From: Octopus vulgaris
Taxonomy: Eukaryota
Length of the DNA stretch: 64,000 nucleotides
NCBI GenBank assembly: GCA_951406725.2
Contig: OX597824.1
Span: 33,666,001-33,730,000 of the forward strand
Direction: 5' to 3'
The notes below the pieces were generated by a model that worked only from the letters and a program-made list of their open reading frames with translations, did not search any database and had not been told where the DNA came from. Below are positions 40,977 to 53,000 of the stretch, in pieces (position 1 is the stretch's first letter; each line of letters opens with the position of its first letter). Position numbers and translations under genes: made by a program.

Positions 40977-42378
40977 TGAAATATACTGCTTATGCACTTC
41001 AATTATCTTTGAAAATAATTAAAATTTTGAAAGTATTCATAAAATAACATTTTCATTATTAAGCTGATGACTTAGGAAAATATTCTAACATTTATGATGG
41101 AAGTTTTGAAATTAAATATGAGCACTTTAAAATAGACAGTTTTGTATCACAGAACCAGGAGTCATTTCAGGTGAATTGGTACCAAAAGGATTAAAATAAA
41201 TTGTAGATCAATGGAATATTTATGACAACAGGGTACTCAACTAAAAATACATAATGCCATATTTTGTTGAGAACAGGACGGGTAATGAACAAACAACACA
41301 AATGACAAATTATAATATATTATTCCAGCAGACATGGTATATTATTATAGTAATATATAATATTATGTTTTATAATATATAACAAAATATAATATTAACT
41401 GTTACCAGTTCAAAGATGCATGAGGCATATTTGAACTGGTAACAAGTTTGTATTTATATACATCAGTGCTTATCAGTCACCCTGTAATATATAATATTAT
41501 ATAATGTCTGCCAGAGTCACTATGATGCTTAAATTAACATCCACAAGCAAAAAAGTGTTTGAATCCTTATCAGGAAGTCTATGCATTTTAGTATAACATG
41601 TTAATATAGTATGTGATGAATATGGAATGAAAAGAAGTAGAATGTTGAATGAAGCCCAGTTTTAAGTTTGAACCACAATACAAAATAGTCAACAACCACA
41701 ACAGTATTTGTAAGAGATGTGGTAAATACTATTCCAGTCTATTTTTTGTAAAAAGTAATTTAATTGTATTGTGGAAAATATTGGTACTGAATTGAAATTG
41801 AGTACCACAGGAAATTTCCTTCACATTAACAGCAGCAAATAGTCCCTATAGTCTTTAGATTATGGATCACATGTTTAACCACTTAGTATTTTAAGTGGCC
41901 TTATCTGGTACAGATATTCTACCTGTTTTATGTTCAAACCAGCCAGATCTGGCTTCTTACACCTACCCTACAATGTCAATCTAAAAATAAACAATCACAT
42001 CATTGAAATTTTGTAGCTATGTAATAATGCAGAATTAATTTAAAATAACGTGGATGAACAAGTCTTACATTTGACAGAGTAACTTGAATGCATGTCTTAA
42101 AGCCTCAAGCCTTAAAACAATGAAGTTTGTCTCAAGTCAATAGGTCAGGCATCATATAATAAGCATATGAGAGACACTAAACCTGTGTCATAGGTCTAAC
42201 TAAAGAATTGAAGATCAAAGCTGTCCAAAAAGAACCACAACAATGAAACTAGGAGAGGTCTTATATGACACTTTCAGACAGATCACTTTTAGAATTTTTG
42301 TACTGTCAACCACCAGGTATTTCAAAGAACCAGATTCTGATGGAATTTGTCTTACTTGGGAATTAGAATAGTTTTTTG

Positions 42379-42790
42379 GGATCTTTTCAGTTTGAAAAGC
42401 AGTTTTTTAAAATAATTCCCATATAACTAAACACTTTTAAACTTCGTATACTGGTAGAATATGTTTATAAAACATCTTTTTCTCTTGGCTTTATTGAGAA
42501 AATTCTATAGTTTGTAAGATATTAGTTGTTCTTTTTTCTTCATTTTCTGCAATTTCAACCACTCAATGACGTCTATTGAAGTAAAATACATTCTGTGCCG
42601 TATGAATATGTCCCTCGTTTAAGAAACAGATTGGGTTTATTTACATTTGTGAAGAAAAAAAGATACCCTTCCCCCCCACCCCTAACCCTAAAACAGATTG
42701 AAATGCAATAGATCGATACTAGGGTCATAATTATGGGTGACAATTTCATATGACACCTAGAAAAAACTGCGGTTAAAACCGAAAAGATCC
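42379..42790. mobile_element. MITE with GGATCTTTTC-TIRs, copy 2
   Basis: Same sequence as 28895-29311. Flanks GTTTTTTG / GTTTTTGG suggest a TSD of about 8 bp. A related end lies at about 35760-35958. Confidence 0.9.
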
Positions 42791-45191
42791 GTTTTTGGTA
42801 GTCTTAAATAATGAAAAAGCCTAAAGCAACTCCTGTTTAATTGTTGGTAGCCATGTAGCTCCACTGTAACAAGAATCAGCTCTGCCCCACTCCTTTCTCT
42901 TGTAACTTAACCCTCATTTCCCAGCAGAAAGCCTACATCCCCCACTCACATTTTGTAGTCTTGCATAGTGCATGATCACCTCATTAGCACCAGAGACAAA
43001 TACACTCTGTAATGTGGATAGCATTAGGAAGGGACATCCAGCCCTAGAAATCATACCAAAGCAGATACTGGAATATGATGCAGGCCTTGGATCTATCAGA
43101 ACCTATCAAACCATCCAACATTAAATACCAAATGATGGTGAAGATGATGGATGATATTTTTCTATATTTATTTTACCCAAAACAGTTCTCCATCTCGAGC
43201 AACAACACACAGCTTCTCATTTTTTACAAAGGTTAATATATACAATCTCAAATAACCTTTCGTGTTAACCAAATATTCTTTACAAAGCCAAGACGTCTTT
43301 TCACAAAGAAAAGAGATTAGTAACTGACAAAAGGTTAAGCAAAAAATTCCTTGGTATTTATTCATTTAAGCATAAAATATTTCTTTTTAATTTGCCTCTA
43401 TTATTGTTTTTTTTAAAGACAATGTTGTTTGGATTTTTCAATACTTAAATCACAGGATTAATCAGACACATGATTAAGGCAATCCATTTGTGACCATCCA
43501 ATCTTATTTTTGTTTAACACTGATAAGGAAGACATGATCAAAGTATTCCAAACAGGACCATTCCATCTTGTTGATTAGCTCTATGTCAACTCTGAGATCT
43601 ATGACCAGACATTTCAACCATGGCCATCCCACCTTATTTTCAAGGAGAGTCTGTCCAAGACCTTTATTTTAACCCTAAAGATTAATTTCTATGAATTAAA
43701 TGTGGATCTAAAGGTAAAGTAACTCTGTAATAACACTCCAATACTGTATTCTATATATTTTTTTTTATTAATTTGAATTTAATTCCAGGAATGTGTCCCA
43801 TGCCTTTCTTGACCAGAATTTATCATTTAGCTGATGATTATTTCTTCTCAGTATAAGTGAAATTGTATTTAATTACAGTTTCTTAGCTAATTGCATTAAA
43901 TATGTTTAGCACCCATTTTACTAAAAACAGTGTATTTAAACACAGGGACTTGTTGAACAAATGAAACAAAAGAAAATATGACTTCCTACCTAAATGTAAA
44001 GTTCACATAAGTGTTTACCAATTAAATACTGGTGTAATTACTCTTCTATGATGACATTGAGATGTTTCTAATTATTAAGGTCAACCTTGAAACCAAGCCA
44101 GCCAACCATAGATCATATGGGAGGATGCTAAAAGAGTTAAGTGACTGGGTATTTGACACATCTCTTCAAGAAGGATATCCCTTCAGTAAGTCATAATGTT
44201 ATACCAATACCAGAGTCACTGGTAAATACTAGAGTAATTTGTAAGTACCAGATTCACTTGTAGCAATAAGAATTACTCATAAATATAAGAGTGACTCATA
44301 AAAAATTAGACTGAGATCTCTGGTTTTTTTCACATGAATTCTTGTTAGGAGAAGCTGTTAATGATGTGTATGTAATAACATATTTAAGCATCACCAAACA
44401 TATACATGCTGGAATAGTGAAAAAGGAATGTAACATAAAAATGAAGACAAAAATATGGATTCAAAGATGTTAAATGAAAGCCATAGAAATGGTTAAAATG
44501 ACACTAACGAAATCAGTTACAGAAGATATTTGGATGTATTTTCAGATGTATTCAAATTTGATAATAAGCGATAAATGAAGACTTCATAGGTTCAGTGAAT
44601 AACCTTTATACAGACATAGAATATTTCCTGTAGATTCATTCCTTTACCATTTACATCATAGTTTCAATAAGACAAAATATTAATCAAACACCAAAATTTA
44701 AATTATTAACCTTTCTCAAAATATTGCTAACTTTTGTCAATTTCAAACACAACACTGACATCACATCAGCAGAAACACAGCATTTAGGGGTTATATAACA
44801 GGAAAATACACTTGTCATGGAATCAAGGAATTGTCAGGCACCAAGACTATAATTTAAGCAATTTCAGTTATTTACAAATATTTTCCTTACTGTAGAGTTG
44901 CCCATCATTCAGAAATGCTCTGAAGTGAAACTACTGAACAGTCTGGTCCAAAATTTTTTATAAAATTATGATTTTTTAAAATTATATATTACCAATGACC
45001 TGATGCCCAAACATGTGCTGTTGATTGGTAGGACCAAGCAAAACACAGTGCTCTAACAAAACTTTCAATAATTTTTTATTGTAAAATAAACATATAAAAT
45101 AAATTTATTGAATTTTTGTTGTTCTTTTTTTTTAAAGTGTGTGGTGATTTATACAACTTTATTATTTTTTCCAAAAATAGATATATATCCA

Positions 45192-46134
45192 TCATCCTCT
45201 TCTGGATTTTGGCTTGGCACAAGGATTTGTTCTGCGCTGAATAATTTCTGTGAGCCCACAAAAGTCTTTTTGAGCAAAATATTTTGTACAAATTGTGTGT
45301 CCAGCAAGGACATTAACCCGTGAGCGTATTTTTTTAATTAATTTAAGATTATAATCCGTAAAGTGTTTATGATGCCCATCATAGTTTCCAGACCTCGTGG
45401 TCTGATGTACAGCTATGATAGAATTTGTGGCATCTATCGTCAAGAAATTATTATGAATAGCATATGCAACTAACCAATTATCATATGCTGGACTTCCAAC
45501 AATGAAATCTGGAAATGCTTTCCATGGAAATGGCTTTGATGTAATGAAATAATCTTCAGCATCAGTTCGGAATATAGTTCCACGATTCAGGGCAATTTTA
45601 GTCACAGAATTAACTGGAACAGCCTCTTCTTTGGTAACATTCATAACATTTGTCCGTTGTCCAATTATCAAAATTGCCTTTTCTGTATTATTAAACATAT
45701 ACAAAACACGTTCCAATGTCTTGATTAGATTTGCTTCAAATAAAATATCCGCATTGGCAAATGCATAAAAAAAGCTATCAAATGATTTCTGTGCTTCTAA
45801 ATACATTGATTTCAATAAAGGCACTCCAGTTACACGCTGAACAGTGATATACTGGTAATTGCAACCAATCTTTTCACAGAAGATTCTTGTCTCAGGATTG
45901 GCAGAGAAGACAATCACCTTGACGGACGGACCAAATGCAAGCCAATTACGGACGGTGTTTTCATGGAGTTCTTTCTTAGAATCGTGATGATCCCATGTTG
46001 TGAAGAGAGTCAAAAGGGTTTGCTTGTAAGTAACCGGAGGAAATTTTTGCAACTTTTCAATACATTGTTCCACATGGCGTCGTAATTTTTCACTGAAGTC
46101 AGAGAATATATCCTCTTTGCCATTCATTTCAATC
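45192..46134 (-). CDS. Last (large) coding exon of a putative GT-A-fold glycosyltransferase-like type II membrane protein
   Basis: Uninterrupted 311-aa ORF with ordered motifs LLTLFTTW, GVPLLKSMY, FYAFANADILF (NxD in place of DxD), IIGQRTNV, DAEDYF, PDFIVGSPAYDNWLV, IDATNSIIAVHQT. Acceptor ttcttttccttttgaag|G at 46135/46134 gives AG+G(R)-I-E-M in frame with the upstream exon. Confidence 0.85.
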
Positions 46135-48346
46135 CTTCAAAAGGAAAAGAAGAATTATGATTAATAAAAACAAGAAACTTCAAAACCAGTGTTTGTGGGT
46201 TCACATCCCTGTAACTCAGCAGTTCAGCAAAAGACACTAATGGAATAGTGGTGTCAATTTATTCAACTAAAAATTCTTCCAGGCAGTGCTCCATTATGGC
46301 CACACAGTCTAATGACAAGCAAAATATATTCTCCCACCCCACCACCATCTTTAAAAAATAATCCTGTAAACTACCCACAAGTTTGTGAATCTCTAATCCA
46401 CAAGACTGAACAAAGAAGGTGCCTTTATGTGGTCATTTAAACAGGTAGAAATAGCAGTCAAATCTTCACTCCCAATTCAAAACATGCCCCACCATCTTAA
46501 GTAAGAAAAAGATACACTGAATGATGCAGTCCAAGATACACAATCTGAGAAACAGGTGAGATAATCACTGCAGCAGTACCTTTAATTACAGGTCTGCTCT
46601 TTAACCCTTTAGCATTTAAACCAACCATATCAGGCCTGTCAGATGTTCTGTTTTATGTTCAAACCAGCCAGATCTAGTCTCTCACACTTACCCCACAATG
46701 TCATTCTAACAATAAACAATCACATCAGCAAAAGCTCATAGTCATGAGATAATGCATGACTACTTGAAAAAATATGTGAATAAATGCCTTTACACTTGAC
46801 AGAGTAACCAGAATGCTATTGAGGCTAACCTCAAAATGAACAACAATCACAACCTTTTCCTTCAACTACTGCACCCAGAAATATTTAACTGGTTTCTTTG
46901 CATTTCTTTTTTAAGATATAAAGGTAATGGCACAAGAATAAATCACTGGATGTCAGAGCATGCAATATACTCAGCAACACACAAGTACAGTATACCAGAA
47001 ACAACAGATTTATAGGTCATGCGTGGTCATTCAACTGGAAATCTGCAAGTCACAGGTCTGTTCAATAACAAACTAACCTGTGACCATATTAAAACTAACT
47101 ATTTCTTAAGTTTAATAACTCTTTCTAATTTTGGCACAAGGCCAGCAATTTTGAGGAGAAGAGACAAGCTTGAGTGGTACTTTATTTTATCTACCCCAAA
47201 GTAATGGAAGGTAAAGTCAACCTTGGCAGAATTTGAACTCAGAATGTAGACAGACGAAATGCCACTAAGCATTTTGCCCAGCATGTTAATGATTCTGCTA
47301 GCTCACCACCTACTCGAGTCTAACAATTCTTTCTTCAATAGACATACGGCCTAAAATTTAAGGGGAGGAGACCAGTTGATTACATCAACCCCAGTGATCA
47401 ACTGGTATTTATTTTATTAATCCTGAATAGATGAAAACCAAAGTCGACCTCAGCAGAATTTCAACTCAGAACATAAGGACAGACAAAATACTGCAAAGCT
47501 TTTTGTCCAGGATGCTGACAATTCTGCCAGCGTGCTGCCTTGAGTCTAATAATAATTGAATGTTATTAAAGCTATTTCTAATTATCAGGGTATCAAAATA
47601 ATGATATTTTCTATAAAACTACCACAAATAAGAATCATTAATTATGTATGTTAAACAGAAACAATCAACAAGCGAGTCCTCTATATGAGGACTCAACCTG
47701 CTAGAAATAGTGGCTATGTTGCCTTACATGCTCACTTCTTAAAAGGAAAAAGGACGTATTAGATAATGGAATCTTCTAGATATCTCTAAAAAATGGGATG
47801 GTCAGGCCAAGATTGGTTTTCATACATAAATCAACTCAATCAGATATTAAACAAAAACTAATAAAAATCATTAAAAGATTAGTTTACTAACAAATGACAT
47901 TTTGTAAAAATAATATCCTTCATCTATCTTTTACTTGTTTCACTGTGACAAAGCTGGAGCATCAACTTGAAGGGTTTTTAGTTAAACAAAGCAATCCCAG
48001 TACTATATTTTTAGTATTGTACTTATTCTATCAGTCTCTTTTGTCAAACCATTAAGCTAGAGACAAACAAACCAACACTGGTCTTCAAGTGGTGTAAGGA
48101 GGACAAACACAGATTCAGAGACACACACATGCAATGTATCATCATTATCATTTAACATCCGTTTTCCATGCTGGCATGGGCAAGATGGTTTGACAGAAGC
48201 TGACCAGCTGAAGAGTTTCAAAGGTTCCACATCTGTTTTGGCATGGTTTCTACAGCTGGATGCCCTTCCTAATGCCAACCACACGTGTGTGTGTGTGTGT
48301 GTGTGTATGTGTGCGTGCGTGCGTGTGTGTGTGTGTGTGCGTACGG

Positions 48347-48806
48347 TACAGTAACACCCACCCTTAGTGGTTAGCCATATTGAGATGGCTATTATACTTT
48401 ACGTTGTCGAGCGGTTACTGTTTACATCTTGTTCAGAGATTTAATATTGCTTGCAGACAGTTTTTCGAAATCAGTGACGGAAGTTACTAGAAAAACCCAT
48501 AAGTATTTGCAAACAGGTCTTCCTTTTCATCGTAAACCAGTGATTACCATTCGTTGACAAGAGGCAAATACCTCGAAACTGCGGTCCGTGCGTATCACTT
48601 AGGCTTACGAGAGAGGGATGACCTCCCTTTGCAAATACCATAAGGGCTAGGAAAGTGTGCCTAAAGCCAGCTGGAGACGATGATCTCCTGGGGCTAAAAG
48701 CTACAGTAACACCCACTCTTAGTGGTTAGCCATATTGAGATGGCTATTATACTTTACATTGTCGAGCAGTTACTGTTTACATCTCATTCAGAGATTTATT
48801 ATTGCT
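48347..48806 (+). mobile_element. Candidate non-LTR retrozyme (1.3 monomers of 355 bp)
   Basis: 105-bp direct repeats at 48347-48451 and 48702-48806; internal type I hammerhead; multiple hairpins; flanked by (GT)n and (TA)n. Confidence 0.65.
48539..48599 (+). ncRNA. Minimal type I hammerhead ribozyme, U3:A8 core variant
   Basis: Stem I AGTGATTACCATTCG / CGTGCGTATCACT; core UUGACAA (48554-48560); stem II GAGG-caaata-CCTC; GAAA (48575-48578); stem III C-UGCG-G; GUC cleavage triplet ending at 48586. Confidence 0.72.
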
Positions 48807-48982
48807 ATATATATATAAACACACACACAATAGGCTATCACACAGTCTTTGCCTACCAAATTAATTAAGAAGACACTGGTTGGCCTGGAGCTTAAGTAAA
48901 AGGTCATTGCTCAAGGTGCAATGCCATGGTCACAAAGTGAGCTTCTTAACCACTTAGCCATGCCTGTGCCTAGGTTTTGAGC

Positions 48983-49052
48983 ACCTAGGTGTCTCAAGTG
49001 GTCACTCATCTAAATACTAACCAGGCTTAAAGTTGTTTAACTTTGGTGATCA
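48983..49052 (-). pseudogene. 5S rRNA-derived fragment (3' two-thirds), truncated by a SINE
   Basis: Reverse complement CTGATCACCAAAGTTAAACAAC...CCTGGTTAGTATTTAGATGAGTGACCACTTGAGA matches the 5S A box / C box region. Confidence 0.75.
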
Positions 49053-49410
49053 GTCATTAGACTGCAGCCATGCTGGGGCATCGTGTTGAAGAATTTTTAG
49101 TCAAATGAATCAAGCCCAATACTTATTTGTTAAGCCTAGCACTTATTCTATCAGTCTCTTTTTGCTGACCCTCTAAGTTATGGAGACATAAACACACCAA
49201 CACTGGTTGCTAAGTGGTGGTAAGGGGCTAACACAGACACAAAGACACACATATATATATGATGGGCTTCTTTCAGTTTCCGTCTACCAACCCACCCACA
49301 AGGCTACAATAGAAGACATTTGCCTAAAGTGTCATGCAGTGGGACAGACCCCATGTGGTTAGGAAGCAAGCTTCTTCCCACACAACCATGCCTGCACCTA
49401 AAATGTGAGA

Positions 49411-49530
49411 TGCTTACAACCCCTAGGTTTCCCAAGCAGTCACCCATCAAAGAACTAACTAGGGTCGACATTGCTTAACTTCGGTGATCAGACGAGAACT
49501 GATGCATTCAACAAGGGGATAATTATATAA
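49411..49530 (-). pseudogene. 5S rRNA pseudogene, near full length
   Basis: Reverse complement TTGAATGCATCAGTTCTCGTCTGATCACCGAAGTTAAGCAATGTCGACCCTAGTTAGTTCTTTGATGGGTGACTGCTTGGGAAACCTAGGGGTTGTAAGC is recognisable eukaryotic 5S with many substitutions. Confidence 0.88.
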
Positions 49531-49728
49531 GAGAAACAAGGCATTATGAAGTATTTGTGTTTTGAAATGGTAAAATCTAAAGAACTTATGATGGAAATAA
49601 ATAAGCATAGTCAAAGACGTTTTGGTGCTCAAAACTGTATTCAATGACGAAAAAGTACTTGAGAGAAGCAAAATAAAATAATTCCTAATGCTAAGTGTTA
49701 AGGGTATATAGAAATAAGACTAACAAAC

Positions 49729-49934
49729 CTCTCAGTGCAGAGTGTGCCACTGTTTGGACATAACATGTCGATGATGGTCTTCAGATGTCCTTTTTCCTTT
49801 CCAGCTGGAATATTATTTCTGGCATCGATGCTAGTCTGGTTCTTTGTGTATTGAAAGAAGTTCATTAACGTAAAAAGTGTGAATGCAATTGTGCCAAACC
49901 AGGCTAACTTCTTCCATTCTCGAAGCGTAGACAT
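49729..49934 (-). CDS. First coding exon of the same gene (cytoplasmic tail, signal-anchor, stem)
   Basis: ATG at 49934; MSTLREWKK followed by hydrophobic LAWFGTIAFTLFTLMNFF. Donor AG|gtttgt at 49729/49728 is phase 2 and matches the 46134 acceptor (206+943=1149 nt, 382 aa). An upstream acceptor ttttag at 49954-49953 implies a further 5' UTR exon. Confidence 0.78.
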
Positions 49935-49954
49935 ACAGCAATCCAAGATACTCT

Positions 49955-50005
<51 letters not shown>

Positions 50006-53000
50006 AATATTGTTTAGTAAGAATTTTCTTTCAAATGGATATCAAGACAAGAGAAAATATTCAGATACATTTATTAACCCTTTAGCATTTAACTCTTTAG
50101 CATTTAATCCAGCCGGCCGTGTCTGGCCAAAATATTCTACTTGCTTTAAGTACAAACAGGCCAGATTTGACATCTCACATCTATCCTAGAATGTCATTTT
50201 GAACCTAAACAAACACATCATCGACATCTCAAGGTTACAAGATAAAGCAGGATAAATTCAAAACAATGTGAATATATACGCATTACATTTGACAGAATAA
50301 TCTGAATACAAAAGAGTTAAACCAGATATGTCTGACTCAAATATTCTACTTGTATGTATGCTCAAACTGGCCAGAACCAGCATCTCACACTCACATTACA
50401 ATATCATTTTAAAAATGTACAATCATATCATTGAAATCTTGCAGCTACAAGATAATGTGTGATTAATTCAAAATAATGTGAATGAATTAGCATTGCATTT
50501 GAGAGAGTAATCTGAATGTTAAAGGGTCAATTTTGCAATTTGTTAATATTGTAAATACATCTTTAATAAAAATACAATTAAATTAAAGTCCAGATATTAG
50601 TAAACAAAAATAATAGCAAGATTCAAAGTACACAAGTGATACAGTAAGGATTCTAACATTCTAAGAAGTCACTTGCTCCTTATGGAACCAGAGTAAGCCA
50701 AATTCTGAAATCTACTGTTTTTAATTGAGCTGAATTAAAGTTAAAAAGTAATTTGACACCTGAGGATTATAAATAAATTCAACATGGAGATGATGAGTTA
50801 TGGAGATGAACAGAGAAATTAACTAAAATATATAAGGAGGTACATATATTGTATTGATTACCTTTGTTTTAAGCACATCTTTATATGCAAGTGAGGTGTG
50901 GGCTACTATGAAGAGGATAGAACATTGACTGGCTACAAAACAAAGAACTAAGTTCAAACAGGCCAGATTTGACATCTCGCATCTACTCTAGAATGATCCA
51001 TTCTTGGAATATCATTACGAGAACATATTCAAAGTGAGATAATCAAAGAATGGAGTGGAGTGAACAAAGTAATTGCAGAATATTGAAAGCACAAGTTCCA
51101 CTGGGCCAGAAACGTCACAAGGTTCACAGATAGACCCATCCTCTCCAATCCCCAACCCACTTCACTGTCTACACCACCCTGATACTTGGGTGTATGACCC
51201 CTGTCCCCTTTATGTCACATCACCATGTTTCTCTTCTAATGCAAGACACCTTTTTCTGTCCCGCAATACTACTCCACACCAGTCAAGGGATCTTGTCCTG
51301 ATGTTACTTGGTGACCTCACTCCTACTGGTGCCATGTAAAAAGCACCCAGTACACTCTGTAAAGTGGTTGGCGTTAGGAAGGGCATCCAGCCATAAGAAA
51401 GAAACCATGCTAAAAAAAGACAGCAGAGCTTGGTGCAGCCTTCTGTTTTGCCAGTTCCTGTCAAATTGTCCAACTTATGCCAGCATGCAAAACAGACATT
51501 AAATGATGATAAGTACCATTATAGGAAATGAACATCTAAATGTCAGAATGCATATATAAAGAGTTAATTCTGATAAATTATAGGATTCTAAAAAGAAGGG
51601 AAGGAGAGTAAAATCAAAAGTAATTTATGTACAACTTTAACCTTTTTGTTACCTTATTTCGGTTGAAATACACTACTTTGAAAATAATGAAGAAATGTAG
51701 CAAAAATCTGTCTTGATTAAGCTGGTGTATAGTACATAGCATGAAATTTTGATGGAAGGTTTTAATTTAAGTCACTTTAGAAAAGGAAGCTTGTGTCATA
51801 GATTTAGGGATGATCTAAGACAGGTTGGTATCAAAAGGATTAACCTGCTTGAAAACTGGAGCAGAGGAGAGTTGGCCATTAAAGACGTCATCAGATGTCA
51901 AATGGGAAAGAACAATGAGAGGTGCATGGTGAAAAAGAAAGTAGCTCTGTAATGATATTAGAAGGAATGAGTGGAAGACAGAATATGGCGAGTCAAATCT
52001 GAAAATGCTGAGCATGACAAATCAGATGAAACTAGTTTAAGATGAGCCACAATATCATGCAGAAGCACAAACTTAATTTATGTCAGCAAAACAAACTAGA
52101 TGTTAACCCTTTGTCTGACCAATGCATTTTCATAAGTTTGTTCAAAATGTCCATGCATGTTTTCAGACTTTCAGTTAATCTTTGTTTCATACTTTCTGAG
52201 TAAAAACATAAAGACCACCTTCAGTCATGAATGACCATGGGATTGCACCTAGAAAGTTACCCTCAGAGGCACAAGTCCAAGCAAGGCTGTTTGTGGAAGG
52301 CCAGTAGTCACCGATGCATACCAGCCTCAACTCTCCATGCCACTGATGTTATTCAAGAGAAAGGCAAACATTGATACAGCTTGGCACCACTGACGTCACA
52401 ACTCATTTCTACAGCTGAGTGAACTGGAGCAACATGAAATAAAGTGTCTTGCTCAAGAACACAACACACTGTCCATTCTGGGAAATCAAACTCACTACAT
52501 CATGGTTGTAACCAGACGCACTAACCCCTATTGAGTTTTCACTTCATAGATCCCAAGTTACTCTGGTGGTTGAAAAAATTGGGAATATCTAACATGTTTA
52601 ATACATGAGTGCCAGGGAAATATGTCCTAGTACTTATTCTATCGGTCTCTTTTGCCAAACCGCTAAGTTACAGGGACATAAACACACCAGCATCGGTTGT
52701 CAAGCGATGTTGGGAGAACAAACACAGACGCACAAACACATACCTACATATATATATATATACACACATACATATATACGATGGGCTTCTTTCAGTTTCC
52801 GTCTACCAAATCCACTCACAAGGCTTTGGTCGACCCAAGGCTATAGTAGAAGACACTTGCCCAAGGTGCCACGCAGTGGGACTGAACCTGGAACCATGTG
52901 GTTGGTAAGCAAGCTACTTACCACACAGCCACTCCTATGCATATGTATAAGTACACATTCTTCAAAATAAATTATTTCTAGGGGGAAAAAAAGGCAAGAT

